Source: Utricularia gibba
Lineage: Eukaryota; Plantae; Magnoliophyta
DNA length: 64,000 nt
Direction: 5' to 3'
NCBI GenBank assembly: GCA_002189035.1
Contig: CM007989.1
Span: 3,720,001-3,784,000 of the forward strand
The notes under the pieces were generated by a model, which saw only the letters and a program-made list of their open reading frames with translations, was not told the DNA's origin and did no database searches. Below, in pieces: positions 51,470 through 64,000 of this stretch; position 1 is the stretch's first letter, and every line of letters starts with the position of its first letter. Both the position numbers and the translations under genes were made by a program.

Positions 51470-52711
51470 TTAATGGGGAAGTGAAGATGATCTCTTGACT
51501 TGTCCTGAAATCATGTTCCTCCTTGTATAGACCCTCACCTTGGCTTCTCCTTCAACACTGCTCTTGGATCCAACCGTTCCCTTTTGACTTGGACCACTGA
51601 TTTTACCGAGAAAAGAGTTGATCTCATTCTGCAGTTTGGCCTTCACCTCCGGTGATAGGTTAGCACCAGCGTTTTCCAGAGTTGATTTCATCATCTCCAT
51701 GTTCCGCCTCATGAATGCAACACCAGGTGGTTTGGTGGAACTGCCGTGAGCACCAAGCATCGACATACTTGAACGCTTGCTTCTCTTTACTACCACTGCA
51801 GGGCAATCAAGTTCAGAAGTGGCGAGAGATTCTCCGAATGGCTTGCTTCTCTCCAGGTGTTGGAATGCGAATCTTGCTTCTGAGCTCCGTTCGTATGGAA
51901 CCCGGATAGAGGATTCGTCTATGATCTCAATTTCAGATACCTTCAGCCGCCCATATCTTGAAAACGTTGTTACCAAGGTTTCTATAGCAGGTATGGCGCA
52001 TCCAGGGGTAAATGACAGGAGAAGACTACCTCCTACGGGAGTTTTCTCACACTTGGAACTAGCTTTCATTCCCTTTATCCTACATTTTCGAGACGCATTG
52101 CTGCGATCAGACATAGGCATCCCTTGAGGGCCTTTATCTGATGCCTTTCCACATAAATCTTCGATTCCTGAAGCAGTTTCCTTGCGTTTTGGTTTCTTGT
52201 ACTTGGGTTCCACAACTGAAGAAGCATAGAGATCCATTGGAAATTCCCGTTGGCAATATGATTCTAGACCTGCATTTGTCAAATTGGGACTCAGATTACG
52301 AGAAAACACAGGTGCATTGTCTTGTGGAATCAGAAGGGTCGCGTCTTTCCACCCAACATCAATGCTGTTTATGGCTTCTTCATCATTCCTCTGAATCAGC
52401 ACAGATTCACCAACATAACTGGAAGGTGCATTTAAGTGCACCTTAAAGGCTGGAGTGTGGCTTCCATTTGAATCAGGCATTTGAACAGAGACAGCATCTC
52501 CCTCAGGAAGTGTTCCCACTCCCATTGGAACATTGCCTTCCAGTTCATTCCCGGCACTCAAGTTTTTTGGCAAGAAATTCGTCAATAGTTCAACAAAACT
52601 GAAGTTTCTATCTCCGTACTTCTCAGCCAAATTCATCCTGTTACTGCCAGCAAGAACACTATCCAGAAACTTAGACATACAAACCCAGAAACGAAGAACA
52701 AGTTTCTTCAA
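51470..52711 (-). CDS. Protein resembling the C-terminal half of plant PWWP/Tudor-family proteins; no PWWP motif seen; likely start at ATG 52784 or 52678
   Basis: 413-codon open frame containing LLLSFTPGCAIP...FSRYGRLKVSE...EARFAF...PFG and MRRNMEMMKSTLE...LSPEVKAKLQNEI. Confidence 0.65.
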   Translation of the reverse strand: MKKLVLRFWVCMSKFLDSVLAGSNRMNLAEKYGDRNFSFVELLTNFLPKNLSAGNELEGNVPMGVGTLPEGDAVSVQMPDSNGSHTPAFKVHLNAPSSYVGESVLIQRNDEEAINSIDVGWKDATLLIPQDNAPVFSRNLSPNLTNAGLESYCQREFPMDLYASSVVEPKYKKPKRKETASGIEDLCGKASDKGPQGMPMSDRSNASRKCRIKGMKASSKCEKTPVGGSLLLSFTPGCAIPAIETLVTTFSRYGRLKVSEIEIIDESSIRVPYERSSEARFAFQHLERSKPFGESLATSELDCPAVVVKRSKRSSMSMLGAHGSSTKPPGVAFMRRNMEMMKSTLENAGANLSPEVKAKLQNEINSFLGKISGPSQKGTVGSKSSVEGEAKVRVYTRRNMISGQVKRSSSLPH

Positions 52712-53956
52712 GAACCGATCTCAAGCAACACATGGTGACCCTCCTCGATTTTTTTTTCCATCATCCTTTACTTCACTCCCATGCAACTGGACACCTGCCG
52801 CAGAAAGAAACCAAATGAAACAACACTTTTTTCTCCTTCCTTCACTCACATTTGCTCAGGTAGCTCGTGGGTCTAAAAGGGTTTCCAAAATGACAAACGA
52901 AACATACTATAACAGCCACAAGTTTTTTGAGACGAACTGGAGACAATAAGCATAAAATCAGAAGAGGATCAAAAGGAACAGGGGAGAGAGAAGAATACCC
53001 ACCGGACTTCCAGGAAGAAAAAGGTGAAACCTGGTGGCCTCGACATGGAGTTGGTTGATCTGCACGACACTCGGCAACAAATGCAAGCAATGAACTGAAC
53101 CAGACGCTCCAAATACTTATTGTTCGGGGGGACTGGAAAGTAGATTACAAACGTAGACTGTGAGATTAGAAAGTGATTTGAAAGATGTGTGATGTTTATT
53201 CAATTCAAATTATGATTAGATACAAATTAATTATTTTTATAAGAAATAAAAAATTATAAATTTTAGAAATATTAAATTTAAATAATTATTGTTATTTTTT
53301 GTAATATTGTTATAATATGTTTAAATTCAATCCATTTTTTTAACTCAAAATCATGAATAAATCGAATTTTAAATTGTTGATTCCAATTGTAAAATGGTAA
53401 AAATGTTTTTATCATTTAAAAAAACATGGTAAATTGGAGGAAAATAACAATTTTCACATTAAATTAATATTTTCGCTAATTTACTTTTTTTTTTAAAAAA
53501 AAAAATCCTTCTCTTGTAAAGCAAGCCCATGTCGAGAGAATTGCAAACGGAGAGACGGGCCTTCGAGGTAATGCACCCATTGGCCCATTTTGGTGTGCTT
53601 TGGCTCCAGTATCTGTGTTTTGATTTGAGGAGTACATTGGGAGGGTTAGCAGCTCGTCGTCTCGGAGGTATGATTCCGATTTCTAGAATCCTGGTATATC
53701 GAAATGATCCTGAGAATGCTGGACTTGTAGCGTGAGGGATTTATTTTTTTGGATTGTTGTGGTCTGTTTAGGTTATTTTTTGATCGAACGAGTAATGTTG
53801 TTTGCGATATACAAGTCCTTGTTTGCAAGCGGTTCCCTGAATGGATTTTTTGTCATTTCTTTTTTCGTATGATTTTTTGGGATGTTTATGGGCGCTCGCA
53901 CATGGGTAGTTTAGGTATTTTTTCGTTGTTCATGGTTGCAGGATCGTTTGAGTCCT

Positions 53957-55308
53957 ATGGCTGTTTCATCTGGAAATTGCTGCCGACTTCCAAAATTTTC
54001 ATCAGGAGCTCCTAATGTCTACCATTCAGCTAGGCTGAAATTCCAGACACCATCTGTGCGTGCTTGCATTCAAAGTGTTGAGCAGCACTCGCATTTCAAA
54101 ACTAAGGTACCGATATCATTTATTCCTTCAATCTGCTTAGTAACATTTTTTTTTTTTTGCATATTCTGCTGGATGAAATTTGAATATTATAGTTGGCTCC
54201 TTTTTTGGAGTTCCTTTATTAACTCCTAGACCAAGATGGAAGAAAGAATCATTAAGGCATCATAATAAGATGTGTGAACCGCTACTGTATGCCCTGTATC
54301 TGAATTCAACAGTGATTCATGTTTAAGGTCTTTTTACTTAATTGATTAATAGGTTTATCCGTTGTTGGATAGTATCAAGTGGGATGATAAAGGCTTGGCA
54401 GTTGCAATTGCACAAAATGTTGATACAGGAGCTGTCTTGATGCAAGGGTTTATCAATAGGGATGCTCTTTTAACAACCATTTCCTCCAGAAAGGCAACAT
54501 TTTATAGTAGGTCAAGATCTGCGTTGTGGACAAAGGGAGAAACTTCCAGTAACTTTATCAACGTGTATGACATCTTCCTTGACTGTGATCGTGATTCTGT
54601 AAGTCCGATACTTTCTTACACACAAAAAACTTGCTTCATGTAGTTGAATAATTTACACCTTCCTTTACCAGATAATTTATCTTGGAAACCTGATGGGCCA
54701 AGTTGCCATACTGGATCAGAGACTTGCTATTACACTTCAGTGAATGAACTCCTCACTGATAAGCCGGTATCATATACTCTTTGCGACCACGAAATTGCTT
54801 TTGTAGTTTTTTACTCTAATTTTTGCACTCAAGAGTCATTTTCTATGTTCAGGCAGATGGCATTAAGTTGGCAATGACAACACTTTACTCATTAGAATCT
54901 ACAATATATAAACGAAAAGAGGAGATTGCTGAAGGTCTGGGTGGCAAACCATCATGGACAAGACGTCTATTGCTTGACAGTAAATTACTCTGCTCAAAAA
55001 TCAGGTCCCATTCCAGTTCACACCTTTCTCAGTCCCGTTTCAACCTTGCTGTTCTCATGCCTTCACTGTGCACAACACTCACAACCGCTGTTTGTGTACC
55101 ATCCTGCAGGGAGGAAGCGGATGAGTTGTGCAGAACACTGGAGGACAATGAGGATCCTTCAAGGACCAGTTCAGAGATGGCAGATTTGCTCTACCATGCC
55201 ATGGTTTTGTTGGCACACAAGGGAGTGAAAACCGAAGATGTTCTTCAAGTCCTCAGACTACGGTTTTCAAAATCTGGCATCGAGGAAAAGAACAGCCGTG
55301 GATCTTAA
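53957..55308 (+). CDS. HISN2: Bifunctional PRA-CH/PRA-PH (HisIE), plastid; exons 53957-54106, 54353-54598, 54672-54766, 54853-55004, 55110-55308; -1 frameshift at 54684-54688
   Basis: LDSIKWDDKGLAVAIAQNVDTGAVLMQGF...YSRSRSALWTKGETS...DCDRDS|...KPDGPSCHTG...CYY; KPSWT...KIREEADE...SEMADLLYHAMVL. Confidence 0.95.
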
Positions 55309-55437
55309 TATAAACATGTAGAAGGAAGACGGCAGCCACCACAAGCTGTGTTTGTCACGTCCCTTGTAATCATGTTGCTTCTTTTCTGTAGCCCCTTTAT
55401 ATAACCGGAAGTGTGATTTTGAATGATTTGTTTTTCT

Positions 55438-55488
55438 TGGGCCCAATAAAACCGGGCTAAATAGTTGGGCTTGGATGTTAATGGCCCA
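55438..55488 (+). promoter_or_regulatory. Cluster of site II (TGGGCY) motifs in the ATM promoter
   Basis: TGGGCC at 55438, TGGGCT at 55466 and GGCCCA at 55483, within a 423-bp intergenic gap. Confidence 0.55.
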
Positions 55489-55731
55489 GCGTGCGGTTTC
55501 TAACGGCTCTTTTCTCAACCCAACGCGTCGCATTATGTGAAATAGAGTAGGGCCCCAACTCGAATTTTGCTGACAAAACAAAAAAAAAAAAAAAAAAAAA
55601 AGCGGGGGTTACCAAATGAACCGCCAGGACAGTAGTCGTTCGCCTGCTCGTGTCCCCTGAAGTGAATGCAATGGACTTCGGTCGGAGTCAGCGGTGTTGA
55701 CGAGTAAAGAAGGTCCGGCCGTCTTACCGGG

Positions 55732-58700
55732 ATGACGGCGGCAATATCATCCAGAGATTTACAGGAGATAATGTCCAGGCTTTCATCCGAAAAATCCAGA
55801 ACTCGTGAAGTAAAACTTTATTTTTTCGGAACAGGATTATAAGCTTATGAGTTCGGAGCTTGCTGTTTATAGGAAAGAACCATTCCACCTTTCGTTATTT
55901 TAGTCTCTGATCACTTTTTGTTCTTCTCATTTGCCTCACAGGAAGGGGTTAAGTTGTTAAATGCATGGCTAGAGGGCGAGAGGTCGGCTGTGTTTTGTAG
56001 ATTTCTGTCTGAGAAATCGTCATTAATTAAATCTAATGATATCCACATCGTGAGTTGTCCGCATGTTAGCATTTGGGTATACAGTTCTGCATGAACTACT
56101 AACGTTTAAAAATTATTTTGTGTTACAGCTGACAGCTGGCCTGTGCTCGTCAAAATTTTGATCCAATGTGTGGCACGGGAGATATCCTCGAGCAAGAAGC
56201 GCGCGCCAAAGTTGAATTTTGCACAAACTCTTCGAGCTGTCGTGCGAATGGCTGTGAATGATATAGTATCAGGTCATTGAACTTTTTCTGAAAGCGGATT
56301 TATTTGTTTATTGGGATCCTCTAATCAATTTTATGACATTCTAGTTGTTTATTTTCATTCTATTAATGGTTATTGACATTCATTCTTTTTTTTAATTATC
56401 TATTCAGGGGAAAGCTATCCTCTGTTACATGTAGCTAAATCGCTTTTCACTCATATACTGGATGTCCTAAAGGATGTGCCAAGTTTCCATTCTGAGTATG
56501 TTGTCATTCTACGTTATCTTTTGGGGGTCAGAAACTACAGGTTTCAGATGCGGAAACAAGTATATTCAAGTGAGTGCTAACGACTAAAAGAAGCTGTCAT
56601 GAAGTGCATGCTATGCACGTTGTTTATATATGCGAAGTAGTTTCACCAAAAGAATGTATTTTTCCTTCTGTACACTAGATCTCGTCCTTCTCTTTATGGA
56701 AAAGGTGGAGGCAAGCTTGAGTAGAGACACTACCAGCCAATCAAAATCCACGGAGTTCTCCAGATACACTCTGACACTTCAATCACTCATTGAAAACACT
56801 CATGGAGATGTTCCTAATGAACTTCGAGAAGAAATAATCAAGGCATTTGTTAGGATTTTTTCTCATGTCAGGTTAGTTTGTGTCTATCTGTTTCCATTTC
56901 GTTATTTAAGGCTTGATCTGGATCACCACTATCTTAGGGTTGAGGAAAAATTTCCTAGAAAGCTGTTGGAGTGCGTTAATGCATTTCTGTTAAATGATGG
57001 ACCAAACTTGGGATCCAAATGCTTATTAATTCATAATGCGTTAGAGCAGTGTGTCACTCGCCACTGGTGTGCAACTCCTGATAAGAATCTGAAGGTGGCT
57101 CTTGTCTAGTAAATTTTTGCTCTCACGTCATTATTTTTTCCCACTCTGCTAACCTGTGCTGCTTGAGTAGGAGTCGTTCATTACCTACATGAAACTGCAA
57201 TTGAGTCTAACCAGGTGTGCATCTGATGGGACTGCTTTATTTGCACAACTTCTGGATTTGGTCCACAAGGAGCTTGACCATCTTGATTCTTCCAATCCCG
57301 ATGTTGGAAGGTTGAGTTGTATTTTTTCATGCAATGGTGTATGGATTTTTGGTGTTATACATGTGAGCAGTATAAAATGAACTGTTTGAAACAGGGATGA
57401 TAAATGTGGGGTCTTGATGGGCTCTAATTACAGCCTCGTGGACCTTGCTGCACTTTTGTTTAGTCGGGTACCTTTCCAAAATTCCTACTATTTTGACGTC
57501 TATGTTCATTCCAAGACATTATGAGAGAATTTTCAGCAGTTTTCTGGCCCAAGTTTCTTGAGCATTGCAAGCTTATTCTTTATCAGGAATGTTATGTTGG
57601 GTTCCTCTTCTTTTGTATACATATCAACTTCTGTTAAACATATATTCTCTTATTGCAACTCTTTCCAACCCTTCATTTTGCGTTTTTTTTAAAAAGAAGG
57701 TAGCAAATATATGTATGTTGATTATCCTTTTTCAGTTGTGCTCTAGTACGCAGAAAACGTATCATGTCGAAAAAAGAGCCAAGCAAGAACATATTGTAAC
57801 CCTCATTGAACAGAAGCTCATTGAAGGAAAGTGGTCATGGTATGCTTGAATGTTACTGTTAGCAGTTATAGCTACGAAATACAAAGTCCATTGCCTTTTT
57901 TACATAGTTCGTGTGGAATAATCTGATGGGTGGTTTCCCATGGAGTGAGTCTAGTTCAATATGTTACAGAATTTAATTCAAAATTTCTTGGTTATTTCAC
58001 TTGCAAAGATTGATACGCGATTTTTTAATTGTGTATATGCTTATATGACGTAAAACTCTTTCAGGCATGCTGTGTTTTGCTTCATCATTCGTGATTATTC
58101 AGATCGGTTGAAGGTTGATATCTTTGTGATGTGGTTTCATGGAATAACTAGAAGCTTTGAAAGGTAAAATTCTTTTCATCAAAGGTGCACCTGATGTTTG
58201 TTGATTTTAACATGGATTGTAAATGTCTTCGCTCATATGTTATACATCATCATTCATGATTCCCCAATATGTCCTGGTTAGTTTATAAGTTCAAGTTTGA
58301 CATTTTGCTTACCTGTGTATGTGATCATCCGTATGATTATTCAGTGAAGAGTTTGTCGGGGTTACACATGACTCTTTCAACCTCAAAAATTCTATATGAT
58401 GTAAATTGATAATTTTTTTTTCTGATATGCAGTATAGTCAACTATGCGAATTCACAGCATTCTTATGATGGACTTTTATGGACATTGAGGTGAGTGGGTC
58501 AGTTTCCAGATATTTCCAGTGTTGCTTCATTTTGTTTCGTTAGTTTTTCAATATGATAATGTGATTTTTTTTTCATGGAGAATGTGCTTGTAATCTAATT
58601 ATCAATTATTGTTAATGTCAAATTTAATGATGTTTGTTGTTTTCAACATGAAGGAGCCTTTGCGGACTTTCTTCACTCTTGCTTGGTGCTGCAGGCGTGG

Positions 58701-61700
58701 AATCCTCTCCGAAATCTTATTTATGCAAAAAAGAGGTTAAATTGCTCTGATTCATCTAGATTTATGCTATTTTTTTTAGTTTCATTTTCGTTAAATTATC
58801 TTATTACGTGTGTACTTGTTAGTAACTAATAATGGTGGTGTCTGCATAGCTAAATACAAAGTTGTTCGTTAACCAATATGTTTCCTGAGTCACATAATAC
58901 CATGTTTTAAATTTTTATCAAATACAACATTATCTCTTTAGTATCTCAACTAAATGTCTCCGATTTGGAATCAAGTCCAGATTTGATTCCATTGGGTCCT
59001 GGTAGGATTTTGGGGCTCTTTTGCTGGTTTTTTTTTTTTTTAATGTTTCTGCGATTGCCTCTTAGAACCAAGGTGGGGTTGAGTTGGGATAATCCTAATG
59101 CTTTTCTATTTTTTTCAGCAAGAATCTTTAAGGTAATTTAATTTTGCAAAGCATAGTAACTAAATCATTATGATTCATTTTGAGCCTTGTCAAGCATGAA
59201 CAAATGTTTCCAGGAAGGTTAGCTTAAGGGAAGGAGAAAAATAATTATATGTAGATGGCCATGCCATGGAGTCATGTTAATTTATTGATTCTCTGTATTT
59301 TCAAGCATATCAATTTTTTTTCAGGGTATTGTTGGACTCTTGACTCGTTTGAAGATTTTATAAATTTTTTTTCCATGCTCTACGTCAGTTATTATAAGTT
59401 TCAATAGGTTTCTCAGCTGAAGAAAGGGTTGCATGTGATCTGGAATTGTCTCGTGCGTAGTATGCCAATTTTTGGTACCTCCTCAGTTGTAAGTATTGTT
59501 ATTAGGATCAACAACATCTGACTTAAATTTGTTTCTATGTCCATATCATATTCTGCTAAATTCAAAATATTTTGCTTTCAATGGCCTCCTTTTAGAAACG
59601 TTCATCTGTATAAAATTACTCATGCTAATCTTTTTCACGAAGGCAAAAATATATGGGTGCATTGTTTTGATATAAAATTCGATTGAAAATTGCTGCTCCT
59701 TCGGATTTGTATTGTCTTTATGTCAGCCTCTCAATCTCCAAGTTCAGGGAAAACCAATGCCTTTTTGTTGTATGAAAACTTACATAGCCATGTAATCATG
59801 AAGCTTGCTTGTACTTGTCTGTTCTGCAGGTAGATGCAGCTCTAAATCTCCTTTCCATCATAACGCTGAATGTAAGACTGATAAATTGGTCCTGTCTGTG
59901 CAATCCATAATCTGTTGTTTATTAACTAAAAAGGATGTACGTTCAGTAACAGTATTTGCATCACTTCTTAGGACATGGAGAATCGTTATTTAGTCCCCAT
60001 TGAGATTTGGGACCTGCTCGTGTTTAATCAGCTGCCTTCATTGTGAGTTAATGCTCACTGCTGTTTTTATTTTGTTTCCTCATATTTTTTATATCTTTTC
60101 TCTTTTTTAGCCCTTACACAATTAGAAGATATGCCCAAACAAGTTGAGATGCTGTTCTGAATAGTTGTTTGTTGTTTCTATGCATTTTTTCAGTTCTCAT
60201 TCAGTTGCCTTTGCCTTTTCTCCACGTGTACCTTTGTTATTTTATTAATAAGAATGTAGCTCATGGAAGTTCATTAAATTGTGTTTCAGATCTGCTTTAT
60301 GCTTCATGACGATCCACTTTTCAGGAAGAAACTCCCATGTAAGACATGCTGCCAGCTCTCATGATGATTTTTCCTTGTTGCTACTTGTGTGTTTTTGTAC
60401 TTTTTTTACGGAAAAATTCTCTCATACCTCTCAAGGATGAAAAGAAATGTAACTTACCATATTGCTCATGAACCATTAGTGTCCATGAATTTTGGGTGGT
60501 GACGTAACACATAAGACAGATCTCACTATATTTCTTGCGAGCTTACGAAATGACCAATTTGGGCCAAGTGTGAAGAATAACAATTAACAAAGCCTACCTG
60601 AGCTGCCTGAATCGTGTCTGCAACCTCATTTAATTCTAGATATCTGTATTAATGCACACTTGTTTCTATTTGTATGGATTCCATTTCATTTTAAGTATAT
60701 TAAGTAGACTTCTATTTTGTCGCACAAACATGTTTAATTGTAATTGTTGGTATTTTATTACAGGGCAATCCTCAGGATGTATTACTCCTGAGAAGGAGTA
60801 TGTTACGAGAAGTTCTTGGTGTGCTTAAGGTGGAGGTTCTCATGAATGATTGCTATGCCTTCAGATATTGTTGAATGATTGCTATGTCTTCAGATATTGT
60901 TGTTTCTTTGTAGAACCTGCTGTAAGGATACAAAGTTTGTAGGGTTTCTGAAGGCCATTTAGAATTTCCTGACTTACGTTGATATTATATCTGTACATAG
61001 AGCTAGTTAAGATGGAGGGCTAATGTGACTGAGTTGTGTGTGTGTTTTTTTCGCTGTCCTTGTGTTCTTCATTGCATGTATTTTTGAGTAACTGGTTAAC
61101 TTTAACATAATTTCAATTGCAATGTGAGTGTTATCTCTTCTTACTGTATAGAAAAGCTCATCATTGGATGCACAATTGGTTTTTATTGTACCTGCTGCTG
61201 CCTATGCGCTATGTGTTGGTTTTGCTCCTTTGATGGATGAAGTTAGAGACCTTCTATCATCATTTTGTGATCCTAATGCCATGGTTGACCAGGGGAAGGT
61301 ACTCTCTTAAAGATTCCAATAGCTAAGCTTTTTTTTTTTTTTTTTTTTGCTTTGTATTTATGGGTTGAACGTATGGCTGTAGGCTGTGAAACCATTATCA
61401 TCAAACTTAGGAGGACAGTGGGATTGCTCAGTTGAAATCCTTTCCATGGTTGAAAATGGTTGCTCAGAGGTACAATATTTTTCTGGTCACTCAACTTATT
61501 TCTTTGGACATGTTTTGACTTGATTACATTTGATGCAGGCCAAACTTTCAGAGCATTACCGGCATACACATTTGTCCCAGAAACTAAGAAAACAGCTGCT
61601 CCATGAAATGGAAAATTGTGTTTTGGAATTTGTTAGGACAAAGGAAATTTTAAATATGCCGTTTTCTGATCTGATCAACACATGTGCTCTGTTATCTAAT

Positions 61701-64000
61701 TTCATGTGTTGCTCGTACTTGGCACGGTTAGTTACACTTAATATTGAAATCTGTGTTTATTCTTCAAGTTCAACTTTTTTATGCTTTCTTTTTTTGCTAT
61801 CAGCATGCTTTGCATGTGGTTGTCTCTTTTCTTGATGAGCTGATTACAGTCTCGTTCTTAATTTTTATTCTCTTAAATATCCTATTATTTTGCTTTTTCT
61901 GGAGTTTTTTAGTAAGAAGCATTTAAATTGAGTGCCTGATTTCAATCACAATTGTCTTTGGAATGCATTATGATCAGGGTCAGAGAGGAGGCCACCCTTT
62001 TCTTTACCCAGTTGGGTGATTTGATGTTAGAGATACTTGGTCGTGCCAGTGCAGTTATTGATGAGGCTTATGAAAAGAGTGAACATGGACACTCGGGCCC
62101 CACATGCCTTCTCAGTAACTTGGAAACATCATTAGTCTCTTGTAAAAGCTTTATGTCATCACCATTGCTTGGCAAATGGAAAGAGAAAGATAATGAAAAA
62201 CATGGGTTATATTCAAAGATAGTTCAGTATGCAAAAGAACTTTTGAGGAGCCTGGAAAATTACTATGAAAAAAATTTTTTGTATAGAAAAATAATGAATT
62301 CCGAAAAATCATCTTCTGATTTTTCCGAGTCCTCTTATCTGTGTGGTCCCCAATCTCTAAGTAGCAGTAAAAGCTTGGATTCAAGAGTGGAGTTGGATAC
62401 GAACACTAGATCAAGTGATGCTGATTGTTCAAGTGTTTCTGGTGATCAAAAGCTCGATTACCTGCAGCTGTTGTCCAACTTTTTCTCTATTTTACCATCA
62501 GTTGCTTGGGACATACTGTTCAATCTTCATGGGAGAGAATGTGATCAGATGGTACTTAGCCCTCTTCTTTTCATTCGTTTGATATTCCTACTTTATTTTC
62601 TTTTCTAACTAGCCTATTCAATTTCCTGCTGAGAAGGTTTCAGAAAGAGTGCTGTTCATTCTTTGTCATCATCCCTACTGGACTTCCTGCCAGCAGCTTG
62701 CGGATCTGGTATGGTCTAAAATTTATGAAGCCTTTTTTTTTGTGTGGAATGAGTTAAATAGTTAAAGTTTTGGGGTTTGCAGGTTACATCTATGACTGAT
62801 GCACTAACCATATCAGAAAATCTTAAACTCCCATGTACAAGTGTATTACAGTGCCTTTGTGCTTTGTTTGAAAGGCTCCAGGTTTTACATGTAGCCAGAA
62901 AGCATGTGAACGGAAATCAGTCGTCTAGGGACATAATACCTGTAGAGGTGCGTCATCTTAATTTAAGCATGTCAAAATAACAAAAACCAAGTTATTTGAG
63001 ATGCAAAACTTTCACGTATATCTTGGTTGATCCTGGTAACTCTCAAGTTGCATGCACTTGTATTACTGAATGTTAGACCTTTAATTTGAGATAATAATTT
63101 GATTGTAATTCATAGGTTTTAAGAGAAAATATTACCTAAATTCTGGTGGTTCAGCATTTTGCCTTCTGCTTCTAGATTTGGAATTCTCTTGGAGATTTAA
63201 TGAACGGTATCTTTAAGAGTAGCTCGTTGACCTGGGTGGATCGCATCAAAATCATTGATTGCATTTGCAATTTTGTATCTTGCAACCCTCAAATTGCTCA
63301 GGTGGTCACTATTTTTAAATTATACTTTTTCTAACAAAATATATTCTCATTAAATGTATCTGTCTTTTTAACCAGCCTATTGTTGAACAACTATTTGTGC
63401 TTCTCCATGATCCTGATTATCGAGTCAGGCTTCACCTTGGACGGCGGATTGGTATTCTTTTCCAGACATGGATGGGCATTTTGAGCTCTTCCAAGATGTC
63501 TAGTACGTCGTCGTATGGCTGCATTTTATGGGAATTAACTTGAAATTCCGCATGGCCATCCTCTTTTCTTTTTCCTCTTAAGATGGTTTCATATGATCCC
63601 TTGGTTATTATGCAAATGACTTGAATCCTGGAAATTTCACTGCTTACTATTCTAATCTTTCACTGGTTTGCAACTTCATATCATATCTTGCAAATTCTCA
63701 TTGCAGTTCAAATTTGGGTGTGAAGTTGGTCTTTGCCTCTGCGGAGAAACTTGTTAGAGCAGAAGAAGTCTTGGCTATTGGCCCACAATCCATCCCTGTA
63801 TCGGAGACCGCCATTATTACACTAATGCATCTCGTGCTGCACAGTGAACAAATAGAGTTACAAGTATGTCTTCTAAATTCCCTTTTTTGTATCCTGTACA
63901 ATATTTTCTAGATGCTGCCCTTAGTGGTTAACTTTAGATCGTGTATTTACTGGTGCTTCTGAAATTATTTATTATTTTTTACATTTGCAGACCCTGTTGT
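55732..64000 (+). CDS. ATM: ATM kinase, N-terminal multi-exon part, running off the window end; -1 frameshifts at about 56043 and 63470
   Basis: ISSRDLQEIMSRLSSEKSRTRE|EGVKLLNAWLEGERS (TAN-like), SFHSEY...YRFQMRK, HDPDYRVRL...GILFQTW, KLVRAEEVLAIGPQ...ETAIITLMHL...HSEQIELQ. Confidence 0.92.

Noticed and set aside
30185-64000. Calling TAR2, PUX10, VPS18, HISN2, ATM and the At1g75140-like gene pseudogenes
   Set aside because: Each has only 1-2 homopolymer indels with intact splice sites and no other decay. HISN2 and VPS18 are normally essential, so sequencing error is more parsimonious.

Overview
Gene-dense plant (eudicot-like) nuclear DNA with short spliceosomal introns: about 16 genes plus 2 pseudogenes in 64 kb. 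No prokaryotic features, CRISPR, rRNA or tRNA were seen. Gene order: NRT3/NAR2; a tandem duplication of a [CYP71A + organellar RPL19] unit; Di19; peroxisomal copper amine oxidase; LOB; TAR2-type Trp aminotransferase; PUX10-like; SEC14/CRAL-TRIO; an orphan ORF; VPS18; a Tim17/22-family gene; At1g75140-like membrane protein; Dof; a PWWP-family C-terminal-like gene; HISN2; the 5' part of ATM. In the duplication, unit 1 is dead (solo LTR, indels, microhomology deletion); unit 2 is essentially intact but carries a degenerate hAT element just after the P450 stop. Non-autonomous MULE/MITE-like elements lie at 18.6-20.6 kb. The strongest cross-cutting signal is about a dozen frameshifts in otherwise well-conserved genes, almost all fixed by adding one base to a short G/C run. 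This most likely reflects unpolished long-read consensus error, not real pseudogenisation. Gene names come from my recognition of motifs, not database searches. I found no convincing novel multi-gene system. The best leads are the duplication history (including a 458-bp near-identical tract), a structured 135-bp tandem repeat with snoRNA-like traits, and a PWWP-less PWWP-family gene next to ATM.
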